NCBI RefSeq assembly: GCF_036321535.1
Contig: NC_087437.1
Location: 119,352,001-119,416,000, forward strand
Reading direction: 5' to 3'
Source of the DNA: Camelus dromedarius
Lineage: Eukaryota
Length of the DNA: 64,000 nucleotides
Shown in pieces: positions 13,050-25,213 of the stretch. The notes below the pieces were generated by a model that was given only the letters and a program-made list of their open reading frames with translations, did not search any database and was not told the DNA's origin. Position 1 is the stretch's first letter. Each line of letters opens with the position of its first letter. The translations under genes were made by a program, and so were the position numbers.

Positions 13050-13343
13050 GTCTCTCCCTGGGCGGCCGTAACAAAGCACACAGACGGAGGTCCTCCCCAG
13101 GCCTGTCCTTGGCGTCTCCCTGTGTCCTCCCCTCACTTCCTTCTGCCAGTGTCTGTGTCCAACTTTCTTGTGTAAGGGCACCAGTCATACTGGACACAGG
13201 CCCACCCTAATGAGCTCATCTTAACTAATTACATTTGCCACGGCCGTCTCTCCAAACAAGGGTACATTCTGAGGTTCCCGGGGGGGTTAGGACTCTGAAT
13301 TGGGGATTTTTGCTAGGGAGGGGGACGCCATTCAGTCCGTAAC
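13050..13343 (-). mobile_element. MaLR (MLT1-like) LTR, internally deleted
   Basis: taagggcaccagtcatactgga...ctcatcttaactaattacat...ttcagtccgtaaca. Confidence 0.7.
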
Positions 13344-13548
13344 AACTGGTGTTGCCATTCAATCTGTAACACCCTGGTTTGCAGAATGATTAGAGAAATA
13401 AAAATATTGTAGAGATTTTTCCCCCCCTGCACAGGAGAAAGGGGTGTGTGTGTGTGTGTGTGTAATTTTAACATCTCTGGGCTGCCATCTCCCTGTCCGT
13501 CCGATGGGGGCGCCCTTCCACCGCGTGACGCTCTGGCTGGTTTCACAG

Positions 13549-13735
13549 GTCACCGGTGCCCTGCAGCCACTGGACACCACGGTCCACCACCTGCGCTCGG
13601 CCGGCGGGGCCACGTCGACCACGGTGTCCTGGCTGCTGCTGGGCTTGCCGCGGCCGGCGCCGGCGGCCCGCGTGTCCTCAGCCCTGGACGGCATGGTGCA
13701 GCGCGTCTACGAAGTGATGGCTGTCCAGGTGCAAG
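13549..13735 (+). CDS. UMODL1: UMODL1 exon 5 (VTGALQPLDT...EVMAVQVQ)
   Basis: Acceptor tttcacag, donor AAG|gtgggt, phase 0 to 1. Confidence 0.92.
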
Positions 13736-15338
13736 GTGGGTGGGGTGGGGCCGCAGGAGCGGAGGCGGCCTCCAGCGGGTCGGGGGGGGGGGAGTTGGGG
13801 GAGGGGGGCATGGGGGACATTCTGCTCCTTTTTAGCTCATCTGGGCCCAAAGGTAAACTCCAAGTTCTGCAGCCCAGGTTTTGAGAACTGGTCCTGCCCT
13901 GACGCTGCTTTTCCCTTCCCTCCCTGTGTCTCCTCTGCTGCCTCTCACGCCCAGGCTGCTTCTTCCGTCCAGATGGGGCTGGAGAACAGATCCCGGAAAA
14001 GCCCCCGAATAACTCGCTTCCTTGGTTCTTGGGTTCCCAAAGTTCCCTCTCGCCTCTTTCCTTCCCTCGCCAAGGACACCCTTGGATCTAGGAGGCTCTC
14101 AAAGCCGAATTGCACAAAGCTGCGTTTGGTGACGCATATGGATGCATTTCTAGAGAAAATTACCTCGTCCTTTTGTGTTTATTTGTTTTAGTCTATGTCA
14201 GGGGTCTGCGGACTTTCTGAAAAAGGCCAGACAGTGAATGTTTTTGGCTGGGGGCCACGTGGCATGAAGGTAGCTGTGGACAGTGTGTGTGAGCAGACAG
14301 CTGGGCCCCAGTAGAACTTTCTTTCCCGCCGCAGCCCTGGAAGGGCGGCTGCTCTGCCTAGGCCGGGCCTCCTGTGACACTGAAGTCACGCATGAGGGTG
14401 CCAGGGTCTGGGGCCCGGGGATAGCTCCAGGGAAGGCATTAGCTCCTTTCAGACTCCCCAAATGTAAACCAAACTGAGACGTGCCGGTCAGCAAAGTGCC
14501 CGCCCTGTCTGTTCTGACTGGTCCTCCACCCAGAGATGGGGACGCCCCTATAGGTGAACACGGTTACACATGAGGTGGCTAGAGAGATGGCACGTGCGGG
14601 CACCGTGGGCATCTCTGTGGGAGGGTCTAGAGAACCCGTTACAGGATATGGGCTTGGATTGGATGGTTGCGGGCTGGGTGGGGGAGTGGGGTTCTGGGTT
14701 GGCTGCTGTCGGAAAGAGGAGGCGATTCTGCGACTGGGTACCTGGGTAACTCTCACCCACGGGAGGGGCAGCATGAAGGTGAGCTGTGATTGGTTACGAA
14801 CCAATAGTCACTCGTTGTGGCTAAAAGGGGGCTGGTACCTCGTGGGGCCGCGGTGGCCCTCTGCCCAACTGGCTTAGATAAAGTCGTGATGTGGCCTTGC
14901 CCAGCATCACTCTCCCTTGGTCGTGAGTCGGCCTGGCTGCCTGTCCTGAGCTGGTGCTCTGCGAGGCTGCTCCCGCGGCGAGGCCAGGCCCCCCTGCACG
15001 TCGGCGGCTGCTCTGTTCTCCGCCTCCGCCCAGAGCACTGCTGTCCGCGGGGCTGATGCTTGGGGTGGATGTCTGGGCCCCATCATTTCAGCCCCAGAGT
15101 GATTCGCTCCAGCAGCAGCCCCCGAGCACAGGTGGCAGCTGGGAGGCTGTGCCCTGAGATGTGGCCGGCTGCTCCGGGAAGGGGGCCGGAGGGCTGCACG
15201 GGCCATCTAAGGCAGGGCATCAAGAGGCCCCTCTGGGCCGAGGCCCAGTCCACGCCCTCAACTTGTGTGGTGCACGCTTGGAGGTTAATGAGAAGGACAG
15301 TGGCCCTGATGAGCGTCCTCCCCTGTTCTCTTCAATAG

Positions 15339-15479
15339 ATGTAAACGAATGTTCCTTTGACGAACTCCACACCTGCCCTGCAAGGGAACGGTGCGTGAAT
15401 GTGGAGGGCTCTTACCGGTGTGTCTGTCCCCCGGGGTCGCTGACTTCGTCTCCCCAGGAGCTGGACGGCACGTGTGAAG
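15339..15479 (+). CDS. UMODL1: UMODL1 exon 6, calcium-binding EGF domain 1 (DVNEC...CVNVEGSYRCVC...TCE)
   Basis: cbEGF consensus with 6 Cys; acceptor caatag, donor AAG|gtgaga. Confidence 0.95.
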
Positions 15480-15569
15480 GTGAGAGACCGGGAGCTCCCG
15501 GGGGCAAGGAGTGCCCTAAGGAATCTCCCAGGCTGGATGTGCCTCAGACCACGAGGATCCTCTCCTTTT

Positions 15570-16152
15570 ATTTTTTAAAAATCTATTTCTATATACAGGG
15601 GTTAACATTTGCAAATCTCAAACTCCTAAATGTATCCCTTCCCACCCCCTTTCCCCTGGTAACCGTAAGATTGTTTACTGTATCTGTGAGTCTGTTTCTG
15701 TTTTGTAGATGAGTTTATTAGTGTCCTCTTTTTTCTTTTCTTTTTTTTAGATTCCACGTATGTGTGATATCATATGGTATTTGTCTTTCGCTTTTTGGCT
15801 TACTTCACCTAGTATAATGATCTCCAGGTCCATTCATGTTGCTGCAAATGGCATTATTCTGTTCTTTTTTATGGCTCAGTAGTATTCCATTGTATAAATA
15901 TACCACAACTTCTTTAGCCAGTCATCTGTTGACAGACATTTAGGCTGTTTCCATGTTTGGCTGTTGTAACTAGTGCTGCTATGAACATTGGGGTGCAAGT
16001 ATCTTTTTGAATTAGAGTTCCCTCTGGATATATGCCCCGGAGTGGGATTGCTGGATCTTAGGGTAAGTCTACTTTAAGTTTTTTGAGGAATCTCCATACT
16101 GATTTCCATAGTGGGTGCAGCAAATTGCATTCCCACCAGCAGTGCAGGAGGG
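15570..16152 (-). mobile_element. L1 3' end (5'-truncated)
   Basis: ttagattcca...tccattcatgttgctgcaaatggca...gggattgctggatc...ttcccaccagcagtg. Confidence 0.9.
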
Positions 16153-16424
16153 GACCCTCTCTTCTACCAAAGAGGAAATGTGGGCCCATGGGCAGGGAAG
16201 AGTCGCTTCTGAGCGTTCCCAGCCTCCTAGAGGGCTACCCTTCCCTCTGTTCTTTGAGGTAACAAATGTTTATTTGTGTGCCATTCGCTGTGTTAGGTGC
16301 CGGTCATGGAACACGTCTGACTGGATCATAATCTTTGCTTTCAGGAAACTCAGTAGAAAACATGCCAGATGCTTGCCAGGCGGGTGTGTAACTTGGATGC
16401 CCATATAATTCGTCCTTTAGTATA

Positions 16425-16703
16425 TACTTTTTATTGAAGTATAGTTAGTTTACAATGTTGTGTCAATTTCTGGAGCACAGCACACTGCTTCAGTCATACG
16501 TGAATATACATATATTCGTTTTCATATTCTTTTTCACCATAAGTTACAAAATATTAAATACAGTTCCCTGTGCTATACAGTAGAAACGTGGTCTATCTAA
16601 TTTATATATACTAGTTAGTACCTGCAAATCTCGAACTCCCAGTTTATCCCTCCCCCCCCCCACCACCGGTAAGCATAAGTTTGTTTTCTATGTTGTGAGC
16701 CTG
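16425..16703 (-). mobile_element. L1 3' tail fragment
   Basis: ttgaagtatagtt...tacaatgttgtg...gttccctgtgctatacagtag. Confidence 0.85.
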
Positions 16704-16849
16704 TCATTTTTTCAATTGGGACCCTTTAGGGAGTGAAAGGTCATGATGACTGCTTACATTGGGGCTCCAGGAATAACCTGCTCCGTCCCTGCATTGTGTG
16801 GTCAGCCTAGATGGTAACAGAGTGTCCTGGGTGCTGGTGGACACACCGA

Positions 16850-17960
16850 AAAGAAGACCTAGCCCTGTGCCAGTAGGGTCAGAAGCGGGTGACAGGTGCC
16901 AGTGTGTGCCATTCCTGGTATATGTGAGTGGCTCCTTGTGGGAAATAAGCGTATCTTGCCAATTGCAGAGAGCTGGAACCTGGGTGGTAGAAGGCAGCAG
17001 TGAGAGGGGAACATTTTGGAGCTCGAACCTTTGGAACTTACTGATGGATGAGATGCCGGAGAGAAAGAGGAGAATGAGGTAGTGAGTCCCGCTCGAACAA
17101 TGAATAGGTGGTGACTCCTGAATGAGTTGGGGGGAGACAGGGGTTATTATAATCATTTTTGACAATATCAGTTTATATCGAGATGGAGTTGAAATCAGGT
17201 GGAGACGCCAGGGCGCTGGCTGAGTTGGCTCTCTGGTGCTGGAGCTCAGAGGCAGGGCTGGGCTATGGCAAACCTGGGGCATCAGTGTGCAAGTGACACT
17301 TGAACCACGGGCATGGCTGGGAGGAGGGAAGGAACCCCGGTCTTTACACGTCAGTGTGGGAGGAGGGGCTCACAGAGAAGGAGTGAGGCGGGAAGAGCAG
17401 CAGGAAAGGCAGCTTCCAGGAGTCACGAGCGCCTGATCCTTACAGACACTTCCTAAGAAGGGGCTGAGAGATGAGGCAGAGTCTGAAGATGCAGGCCTCC
17501 AGGAGGGGCTTGTTAAAAAGACGGTGATGCCAAAGCATGTCTGCATGTGATGGGAGAGATGCTGGTTGATCCCTGGAGCTCTGGAGAGCAAGCAGGGGAT
17601 GAGCATATGGCGAGCAGGTGGAAGGCTCAGTCTGCGTGGATGGGGCGGTGAGGGCCAGGTGAGCTCATTTTAATGAACATCTGCTATGTTCCAGGCACCA
17701 TTCTAACTGGGATTCTTTAGTGTCCCAGAGCCCTCACTCCCTTAGAACTCACATTTCATTGGGAAGTGACAAAGGTGTGGATGAATACAAAATATGGGGT
17801 GACAGTTCTGCTACGAAGAAAAATGAGGTCGGAGAGTCACAGGTGGGTGGGGCCTGGGTGCTCTGTCTCAGGCGCTGTGGCCGGGGCTGCCCCTTGGACA
17901 GGGTGACTTTCCAGAGTGCGGGAGGTAGCCGTGAAGCCGACGAGGGGCGAGGAGGGACGT
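16850..17960 (-). mobile_element. L2 remnants
   Basis: ctggagctcagaggcagggctgggct..., ctatgttccaggcaccattcta...; old and fragmentary. Confidence 0.5.
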
Positions 17961-18363
17961 GGTAGGCTGAGTGATGACCCCAAAGAGGGTCACGTCCTAG
18001 CCCAGCATGTGCCTGGCTGCCTCACACTGCAAAGCGGACTTTGCAGATGGGATTAGGCTAAGGACCTTGAGATGAAGAGATTATCCTGGATGATCTGGTG
18101 GACCCGCTGTCATCACAGGGCCTTATGAGAGGGAGATGGAGGGTCAGAGCCAGGGAGAGCAGACGTGATGAGGGAGGCAGAGAGGGGAGAGGATGAGGGC
18201 TGAGGAGCACAGATGTGACTTGGAGAAGTGCCACATCGTCTGGTGACGTGGGAGTGATGACTGTGGGTCCCAAAGCCACAACTGAAGGAACGTCTCCATT
18301 TTAGCTAGATGTCAGTGAAAATGAAGATTTTTTTTTCTTATCTGAATTTTGGACCCCTGGCTA

Positions 18364-18705
18364 TGACCGAGCTGGACTTGGATCCATTCACCCCTGTGCA
18401 GCAAAGCCAATCTCCTGACACGGGGTTGGGGTGAAGGAAAGTGCAGTGTGTATTGCAGGACCAGACAAGGAGTCTGGGCGGCTGATGCTCAAAGGACCGA
18501 ACTCCCTGATGGGTTTCACGGAGGGGATTTAAAGACAAAGTGAGGGAGAGGGTCACAGAGTACATGACCAGGTCATGCACAGTTCTCTGACTGGTTGATG
18601 GTGAGGTCACAGAGGTTAACATCATTAATCCTCAGGCTCCATCTAGTATAGGGGCTCTGTGCTCATGGTCATCATGCAGTTAACACCCTCCAACCGGTAG
18701 GGGGA
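18364..18705 (-). mobile_element. ERV1-type LTR fragment
   Basis: aaagccaatctcctgacac...ctcaaaggaccgaactccctgatgggtttca...tctgactggttgatggtgagg. Confidence 0.5.
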
Positions 18706-20929
18706 GCCGGCGCTGATGCTGGGAGCTGGCACTGGTCGGGAGGTGCATCTGGCAGGTGGACATCAGCCCTTGCCCGGACAGCTGACCGCAAACTGCAGAC
18801 GGGGGTGGCAGGACAAGAGACAGCAGGAGAGGACTTTGATGGACTCAGTACCTTCTCTCAGACAGTCCAGCCGAGATGCAGACACATCTTATTCAATTTG
18901 GCTGCTAGAACATTCTCTTACCCTTCCGGAATCTGATTGATTACTTTAACAACATGCTAACAGCAGTGGAAGGAGTGGTCACCCCCAGTCTCAGTGTCTC
19001 GGAAAATTGTCTTTATTTTCCCTGTTCCCTTCCAGGTTTTTTTTTTTTTTTTAACCTTATTTAAATTCTGCTACCCATGCAGTTTTGTATTCTGCTCTCT
19101 TCACTTACCATCATATCACCTGAAGTTTTCCAAGAAGCAACCCGGTCTTCATAATTATGATGTTCGGCGTTTGAGCAGTAGCAGTGCCCTGTAGCTGTGG
19201 TATCACACACTTGTGCTGTTTCCCTGGGCGGGGGGGGCTCTGACATCCTGCTCTGAAAACTGAAACTTTCACTAGAATTGTGAGGCGGTTATGGAGAATT
19301 CTGTCATAACTGAGTTTCAATCAACTAATAATGTAACCTGCATGTGCTTTTCCCTTTAAAGGAAGCGGGAGGGTTGAGTGGTGGCTATTCCTAAAGTCTC
19401 TGGATTTCAAAAAAGCACCAGCCAGCACCCCCTCTGGCAACAAAACACTTCCCTCCTGCGTCTCAGGGCTCAGTCCGCTGAGAACTGGGTTCCCCTCCCA
19501 GGCACGGATTTGCCCACAAAGCTTTGCACGAAACACCTGCAGAGGTTCCAGATCTCCTAGACTGTGGCCTCCGGGGGAGCATCCAGTCCCTGCCATGAGA
19601 ATGCACAGTTGGAGTACAGCTATGAAAACACTCTGCTCAGTAATGTGAAAAAACACGAGACTCCGCTGACAGGGAAGACTGTTGCTAGCCCAACTGCCAC
19701 GCCGCTGGCGTCACGAGTTGCAAGTTCCCCTCAAGACCAGGGCCTCCTGACAGCTCAGCGCCCGCAGGGGACGTGCGCCGGCCTGACTCCACTTCCAGTC
19801 GGGCGGAAAACACAAAGCCAGCGTTTCCAGATCAGAGCTTTCGAATGGATTCCAATCGCATATGGCTCCAGGCAAACAGCACATGTTTTAAATTTAGAAG
19901 CTAATATCATAAATGAGCAATCTGCTGGAACGGGTTAGAGGTACAAACCCGTGGAAAATACAGCACGAATTTCAGATACTTTTCTTGTGAAATTAGTCAC
20001 CCGATTAACGACACGTGGGGCAGCTGGATTCTTGCACTAAACAACAAAACCTGTAAGAAATACGCCACAGTTCGTGCTTCATGGCCCAGGAACGCATTAG
20101 GAGGGAGTGGATCTGTACTCAAGGGGCATCCATGCTCCCTCTGGCACGGTCCCCTCCCGGCTGGAGCCTGAGAGCTCTTCCGCTGCATAAAGAACTGGGT
20201 CCTGAGTCCCCTGCTGGGCGAGGGCAGGGCTGCGGCTGGGGAGGCCCCTGGGCTGCCAAGAATCTCCAGGCACACTGGCTGAGCTGGTATTCTGCAGCCA
20301 CAGTCAGGTTATCGACAATCGAATGCTCACAATCTTGGCTAGAATCCTCAGTGTTTCTACCCTGACAAAGTTCAGGTGTCCTACTGACAGGCGCATGGGT
20401 TCAGGAGGATCAGAGCTGGACACGGGAGATGATGGAAGGGCGGTGTCCCCAGGAACGCCCATCCTGCCCCCTTGGACACAGGTCAGGCTGCTGGAAAAAA
20501 CAAGTGCCTGGACCCATGGACCCAGGGAATCCTGTATGCTTCCCTGAGATAAATGTCAACTCCTGAATCCAGGTTCACGGCCATGGCCTGGGGAGGCCAC
20601 AGGGCAGCGGTGCCCTGTGATCACGCCTGAGCGAGAACTGGGTTTATTGCCTGGGGCCACATTTTAAAAGGGAGGGACGCTGTAAAGCCAAAGGGCAGCA
20701 ACAGAGAGTGTCCCGCCAATGAACTGAAATCCAAGTCAGAGGGACGACAGAAGGGTCGGGAGAGAAGGACTGTGCCGTTGACCGCATCTCAAGGTCTGCC
20801 CTACAGATGGGGGATGAGCCTTCGGATGTCAGAAGTTGGCTGATTTTGTAGCAACACAAAGAACTTTCCAACGAGTCGTGCTGCCCCGCCCACGGCCGCC
20901 TTGAAAACTACTTAAAGAAGATCTGGGAG

Positions 20930-21445
20930 GTGGATTCGCTTCCTGGGGCTGCTGTGATGAAACACCACGACCTTGGGGGTTTAAGATGATGGAAACACAT
21001 CCTCTCAGCGTCTGGAGGGCAGAGGCCCACCAGCGTCGTCACGGGGCCCATGTCAAGGTGTCGGCAGGGCCAGGCTCCCTCCCGGGGTCTGGGGAGAACC
21101 CCTCCTTTGCCTTCCCCTCCTTCCGGGGGCCGCGTGAATTCCTTGGCTTGAGGCCACATCACTCCCATCCTCAGGGCCAGCATCTTCTATTCTCTCTCGC
21201 TCCCTTGTCACACGGCTTTGTCCTGTGTGTGTGTGTGTGTGTGTGTGTTTGTGTGTGTGCTCTCTGCTGGCTCTCTTACAGGGACACGTGTGATTGCATT
21301 TAGGGCCACCCTGGATAATCCATGATAATCTCTTCTTCAGCTCCTTAATCACACTTGCAAAGATGCTTTTTCCAAATAAGGTCCGATTTACAAGTTCCAG
21401 GGATTAGGAGCTGCTGTCTTTGGAGGGCACTATCCAGTCTACTCC
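20930..21445 (-). mobile_element. MaLR (MLT1-like) LTR containing a (TG)n microsatellite
   Basis: Same MLT1 motif series; gggccacctggataatcc...tttccaaataaggtc. Confidence 0.75.
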
Positions 21446-21514
21446 TGTGGTGGGGTAGTTTAGGACTGCAGCCCAGGACCTTTGTCACTGGTTATTAGAT
21501 GGCTTTGCCATTTA

Positions 21515-21670
21515 TTCTCTGCTTGACCTTTCTAGACCTCAGTCTCGTTCTCTGTAAAATGGGAACATAGTAGAACCCACTACCTGGTTTTGTTGGAAGG
21601 ACTGTATGGAATAACCTGCCCAGTGCGCACAGCCCTCATCCAGTGGTGGCTCTGAGTGTGTCACTGATGG
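21515..21670 (+). mobile_element. MIR fragment
   Basis: cctcagtctcgttctctgtaaaatggg. Confidence 0.6.
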
Positions 21671-23359
21671 CTTGGATGGCAGCGTGACGTGTGTGGTGGG
21701 GGGGGTTCTCACCGCCCCGGGAGTGCCCCCACAGCCCCAAGTCCCCACGGTGCTACAACACGGGCCACACTGACTTAGATGTCCCGTGTGTGTGTCTGGC
21801 ATCGCTGGGGGCCAGAATCCATCCTCGTTTCCACCACTGGCTGTGACGGTGCTAGGTACACAGCAGATACTCAATAAATGCTGAACTGTATGAAATTGCC
21901 ACTGCAATCGCTCAAAAATGGTTCATTCTGGACAAGGGCAAGTCCCTCAAAGTAACACGGGGAAAGAGCTACACAGATACTCAGTGGTCGCACTCTCCCC
22001 AGGGAGGGTCTGTTACTTGGGACGAGAGGCCACATGCTCACAGTCTCTCAGCTGCAGAAACCATGGCCGGACGGCAGCTCCTGCAGGCATCTCTGAGGGT
22101 TTCAGAGCCATCGGAACGGCCGGGTTGGCGGCTCCTCTGCCCAGTGATCTAGGAACACACTGGCATCTTAATTCAAAGAGTGAGCATGTCTCCAGCCAGT
22201 CCGATGCCCTCTCAGACGCTCCCTAAACACCGTCCCCGGGTCTCCCCGGTACCTGGGGGGCCCTTTCCGTTTTAATTCCCCCCGACTTGGAGGCGCTCTC
22301 TAAAGAATGTGCTTGTAAAGGGCTACCCCACACAGGCCCAGGGTGTGGGTTTGTTCTCAGTCCCATGACGAGTCTGATGCCCAGAGGGCAACAGAGAGGC
22401 GGGGCCGCAGCCCCAGCGGGAGCCAGCCCTCAGGCCTCGTGCCCACCCCCGTCCCCTGTCCTGTTTGCTGGGTGTCATGTCGTCACCGTGGGACTGAAAC
22501 GATGCTCGGGGTTGTGTGGTTTGATTGCACGAGATAGAACGTTCGGTGCTTTTCGCCGATTTTTAGAAAAATTGTAGCCCTTCCTCACTTTCTTGGTGAG
22601 ACACGTCCCTGGGGACAGGCTGCAGAGCTTAGACCTCCAGTAAGGGGCGTTCTGATTTCAGGGTCCCGGTGACTGGGGGTTGGGAGCAAGACCCATAGTC
22701 CCAGGGCCCCTGCTGCTGGCCAGTCCTCAGCGGCAACACAGGACAGTGTCATAAAGAATGAACATTTATGAGTCAAAGATGTGGATAAATACTGGACAAT
22801 TCAGTGAAAGGACAGATGCTGCTTCTTCAAAGTGCACTGCCTCCCCATGCAAGGAGAGTCTTCCAGAAACTGCAAGAGTTTAGATGGAGGGAGGGCTGGG
22901 CTCCCCTCCCTCTCCAGCATCCAACAGTCTATACCCCCTGCTTTGTGGGGTTCTGCAGGGGCTCGTGGGGGCGGTGCGGGGGACATACCCACAGGGCACT
23001 GAGGTTTACACCGGGCAGCTCGGGGAGGAGGACACAGCAGGACCGAGTTGCAAGACGAGAGTGGGGCACCAACCTTGATCCTGAGTCTCTCAGCAGCCAA
23101 GACAAAAAGAGAAATGCAATGAATTGTACCAGTTTTTATCTGTTACCGGAAGGAAGCATACACATTTGTCTGGAAAGACAATTTTTTTTGTAATATTAGA
23201 AAGCATTTAGCCTAAAAATCCTTACATGAAGGGCTTTGGAAATGTTACACATATTTTAATTCTTTTTTTTTTTTTACCATGGTTTTGCAAAAGATTTTTA
23301 AAAAAAAAATTTCATAGCTTATTTCTTATGGAACTCAAATTGTGATGTTAAAACAAGTT

Positions 23360-23523
23360 TCTACTGTATAGGAACAGGGAACTAGCTATTCAATATCTTG
23401 TAGTCACGTATAATGAGAAAGGGTATGAGAAGGAATATACGTATGTATGTGTGTGGCTGAAACGCCGTGCTGTACACCAGAGACGGACACATCATTGCAA
23501 ACTGACTGTGCTTCAGTGAAAAG
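23360..23523 (+). mobile_element. L1 3' tail fragment, sense orientation
   Basis: ctactgtata...acagggaact...gctgtacaccag...; reverse-complement homologue of 16430-16585. Confidence 0.8.
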
Positions 23524-23899
23524 CATTCTGCTGTAAAAATTATGGTGCTTAGACTGAGGGACCCCCCAAGTTTTTAAATAATTCATATTTTCCAGGTGCC
23601 TCTGCTGTAAGCAGAAATTTTTCTCCAAAAAGATTTGATTGTACTTGAGTATTAAAATATGTGTTGGTTGTCACGTTAGTGTGTTGCTCCCTGAAGCGTG
23701 GGTTTTGATGTGAAAACGCAGGAGGCCTCGGTCTGACTCCCGAGTCCTGCTTCTCCAGGGGCCACTGTTTCAGCGGCAAATTATCCAAGCAGAAGTCCCT
23801 GGGCAAGTGACCAGGCACATGTGCATCGGAGGACCAGGCCCCCTGAATCTGGGCTGGGGGGAGTGTTTATAAATGAAGCACAGAAACGTCATGCCGTGT

Positions 23900-24250
23900 G
23901 GTCACCTGCTCAGGCTGCCGTGGAACGCACTGCAGAACAGACCCTCACTCTCAGAGTCCGGGCGCTGGGTGCCCGGGATCAAGGTGCTGGCAGGCTGGTG
24001 CCTCTGGAGGCCTCTTGGCCTGAAGACGGCCATCTTCTCCCCGTGTCCCCACATGATCATCCCTCTGCGAGTCTGGGACCCAGTCTCCTCTCCTTGTAAG
24101 GACACTAGCCTTACTGGCTTAGGGCCCACGCCAATGACCTCACTTTAGCTTAGTAACTTCTTCAAAGACTCCACCTCCAAATACAGTCTGTTCTGAAGTA
24201 CTGGGGGTTAGGACCCCGACATATGGATTTTAGGGGAGCACAGCTCAGCC
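23900..24250 (-). mobile_element. MaLR (MLT1-like) LTR
   Basis: gatcaaggtgctggcagg...taaggacactagcc...ctccaaatacagtc...tactgggggttaggac. Confidence 0.7.
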
Positions 24251-24279
24251 CGAGGCACACCGCAGTGGTCATTACCTCA

Positions 24280-24920
24280 GGAACCTCGAGTTGTTTCCGT
24301 GTCTTGGCTGATGTAAATAATGCTGCAGTGAACCTGGGGGAGCACTGTCTCCCAGAGACAGTGATTTCATTTCCTTCAGACAAATGCCCAGGAGCGGAAT
24401 TGCTGGATCATATGGGAGTTTTACTTTTAGTTTCTTGAGGAGCTTCCATACTGTTTTCCATGATGGTGGCACCAACTTACATCCCTGCCCACAGGGCACA
24501 AGGGTCGCCTTTGCTCCGGACCCTCCCCAGCACTTGTTATCTGTCGTCTTTGGAGAGCAGCTATTCTGACAGGTGTGAGGTGACCCCCCATCGTGGTTTT
24601 GTGCGCATCTCCCTGAGGATTAGTGGCGGTGAGCACCTTTCTGCTTACCTGTTGACCATCTGTGTGTCTTCTTTGGAAAACTGTCTATTCAGATCATTTG
24701 CCCATTTTTAAATGGGATGATTATGATGACGATACTTTTTGCTGTTGCGTGGTCTGCTTCTCACGTGTGTTTTGGACGCTAAGCCCTCCCCGACACGACC
24801 AGCAGGCCTCCGCCCGGCCTGCAGGCGGCCTTCTCGTTCTGAGGGCGGCGCCCTCGCTGTGCGGGAGCGTCTCCGTCTGCCGTCGGCCACTTGTTGACTT
24901 TTGCTCCCGCTGCTTCTCTC
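24280..24920 (-). mobile_element. L1 fragment (ORF2 C-terminal / 3' region)
   Basis: ORF track peptide WKTVWKLLKKLKVKLPYDPAIPLLGI is the L1 ORF2 C-terminus. Confidence 0.9.
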
Positions 24921-24958
24921 TGACGTTCTCTGCATCTTCCTCCCGCTGCACGTCCTAG

Positions 24959-25213
24959 ATTGCCCGCCCATCAGAGACCACGTGACCCTCAATGTCACCA
25001 GCAGCAGCTTTCACGTGTCTTGGCGTTTAAATTCCACCCAGAACCACAGTGTCCAGGTGGAGGTGTACAAGGGTGAGGAGCTGCTCAGGACTTCCAGGAC
25101 CCGGGGGACAAGCCTGGAGGTGGCCGGGCTGGAGGCCGGAGTGCGGTATGGGGTGAAGACCAGCTACCAGGCGTGTGGGGCCAACATCGCCGCTGCACTG
25201 ACGGTCAAGACCG
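24959..25213 (+). CDS. UMODL1: UMODL1 exon 7, fibronectin type III domain 1
   Basis: NVTSSSFHVSW...GLEAGVRYGV FN3 signature; acceptor cctag, donor CCG|gtaagg. Confidence 0.95.

Noticed and set aside
16704..17282. 192-aa minus-strand ORF
   Set aside because: Lies in degraded L2-like sequence, with no coherent domain visible
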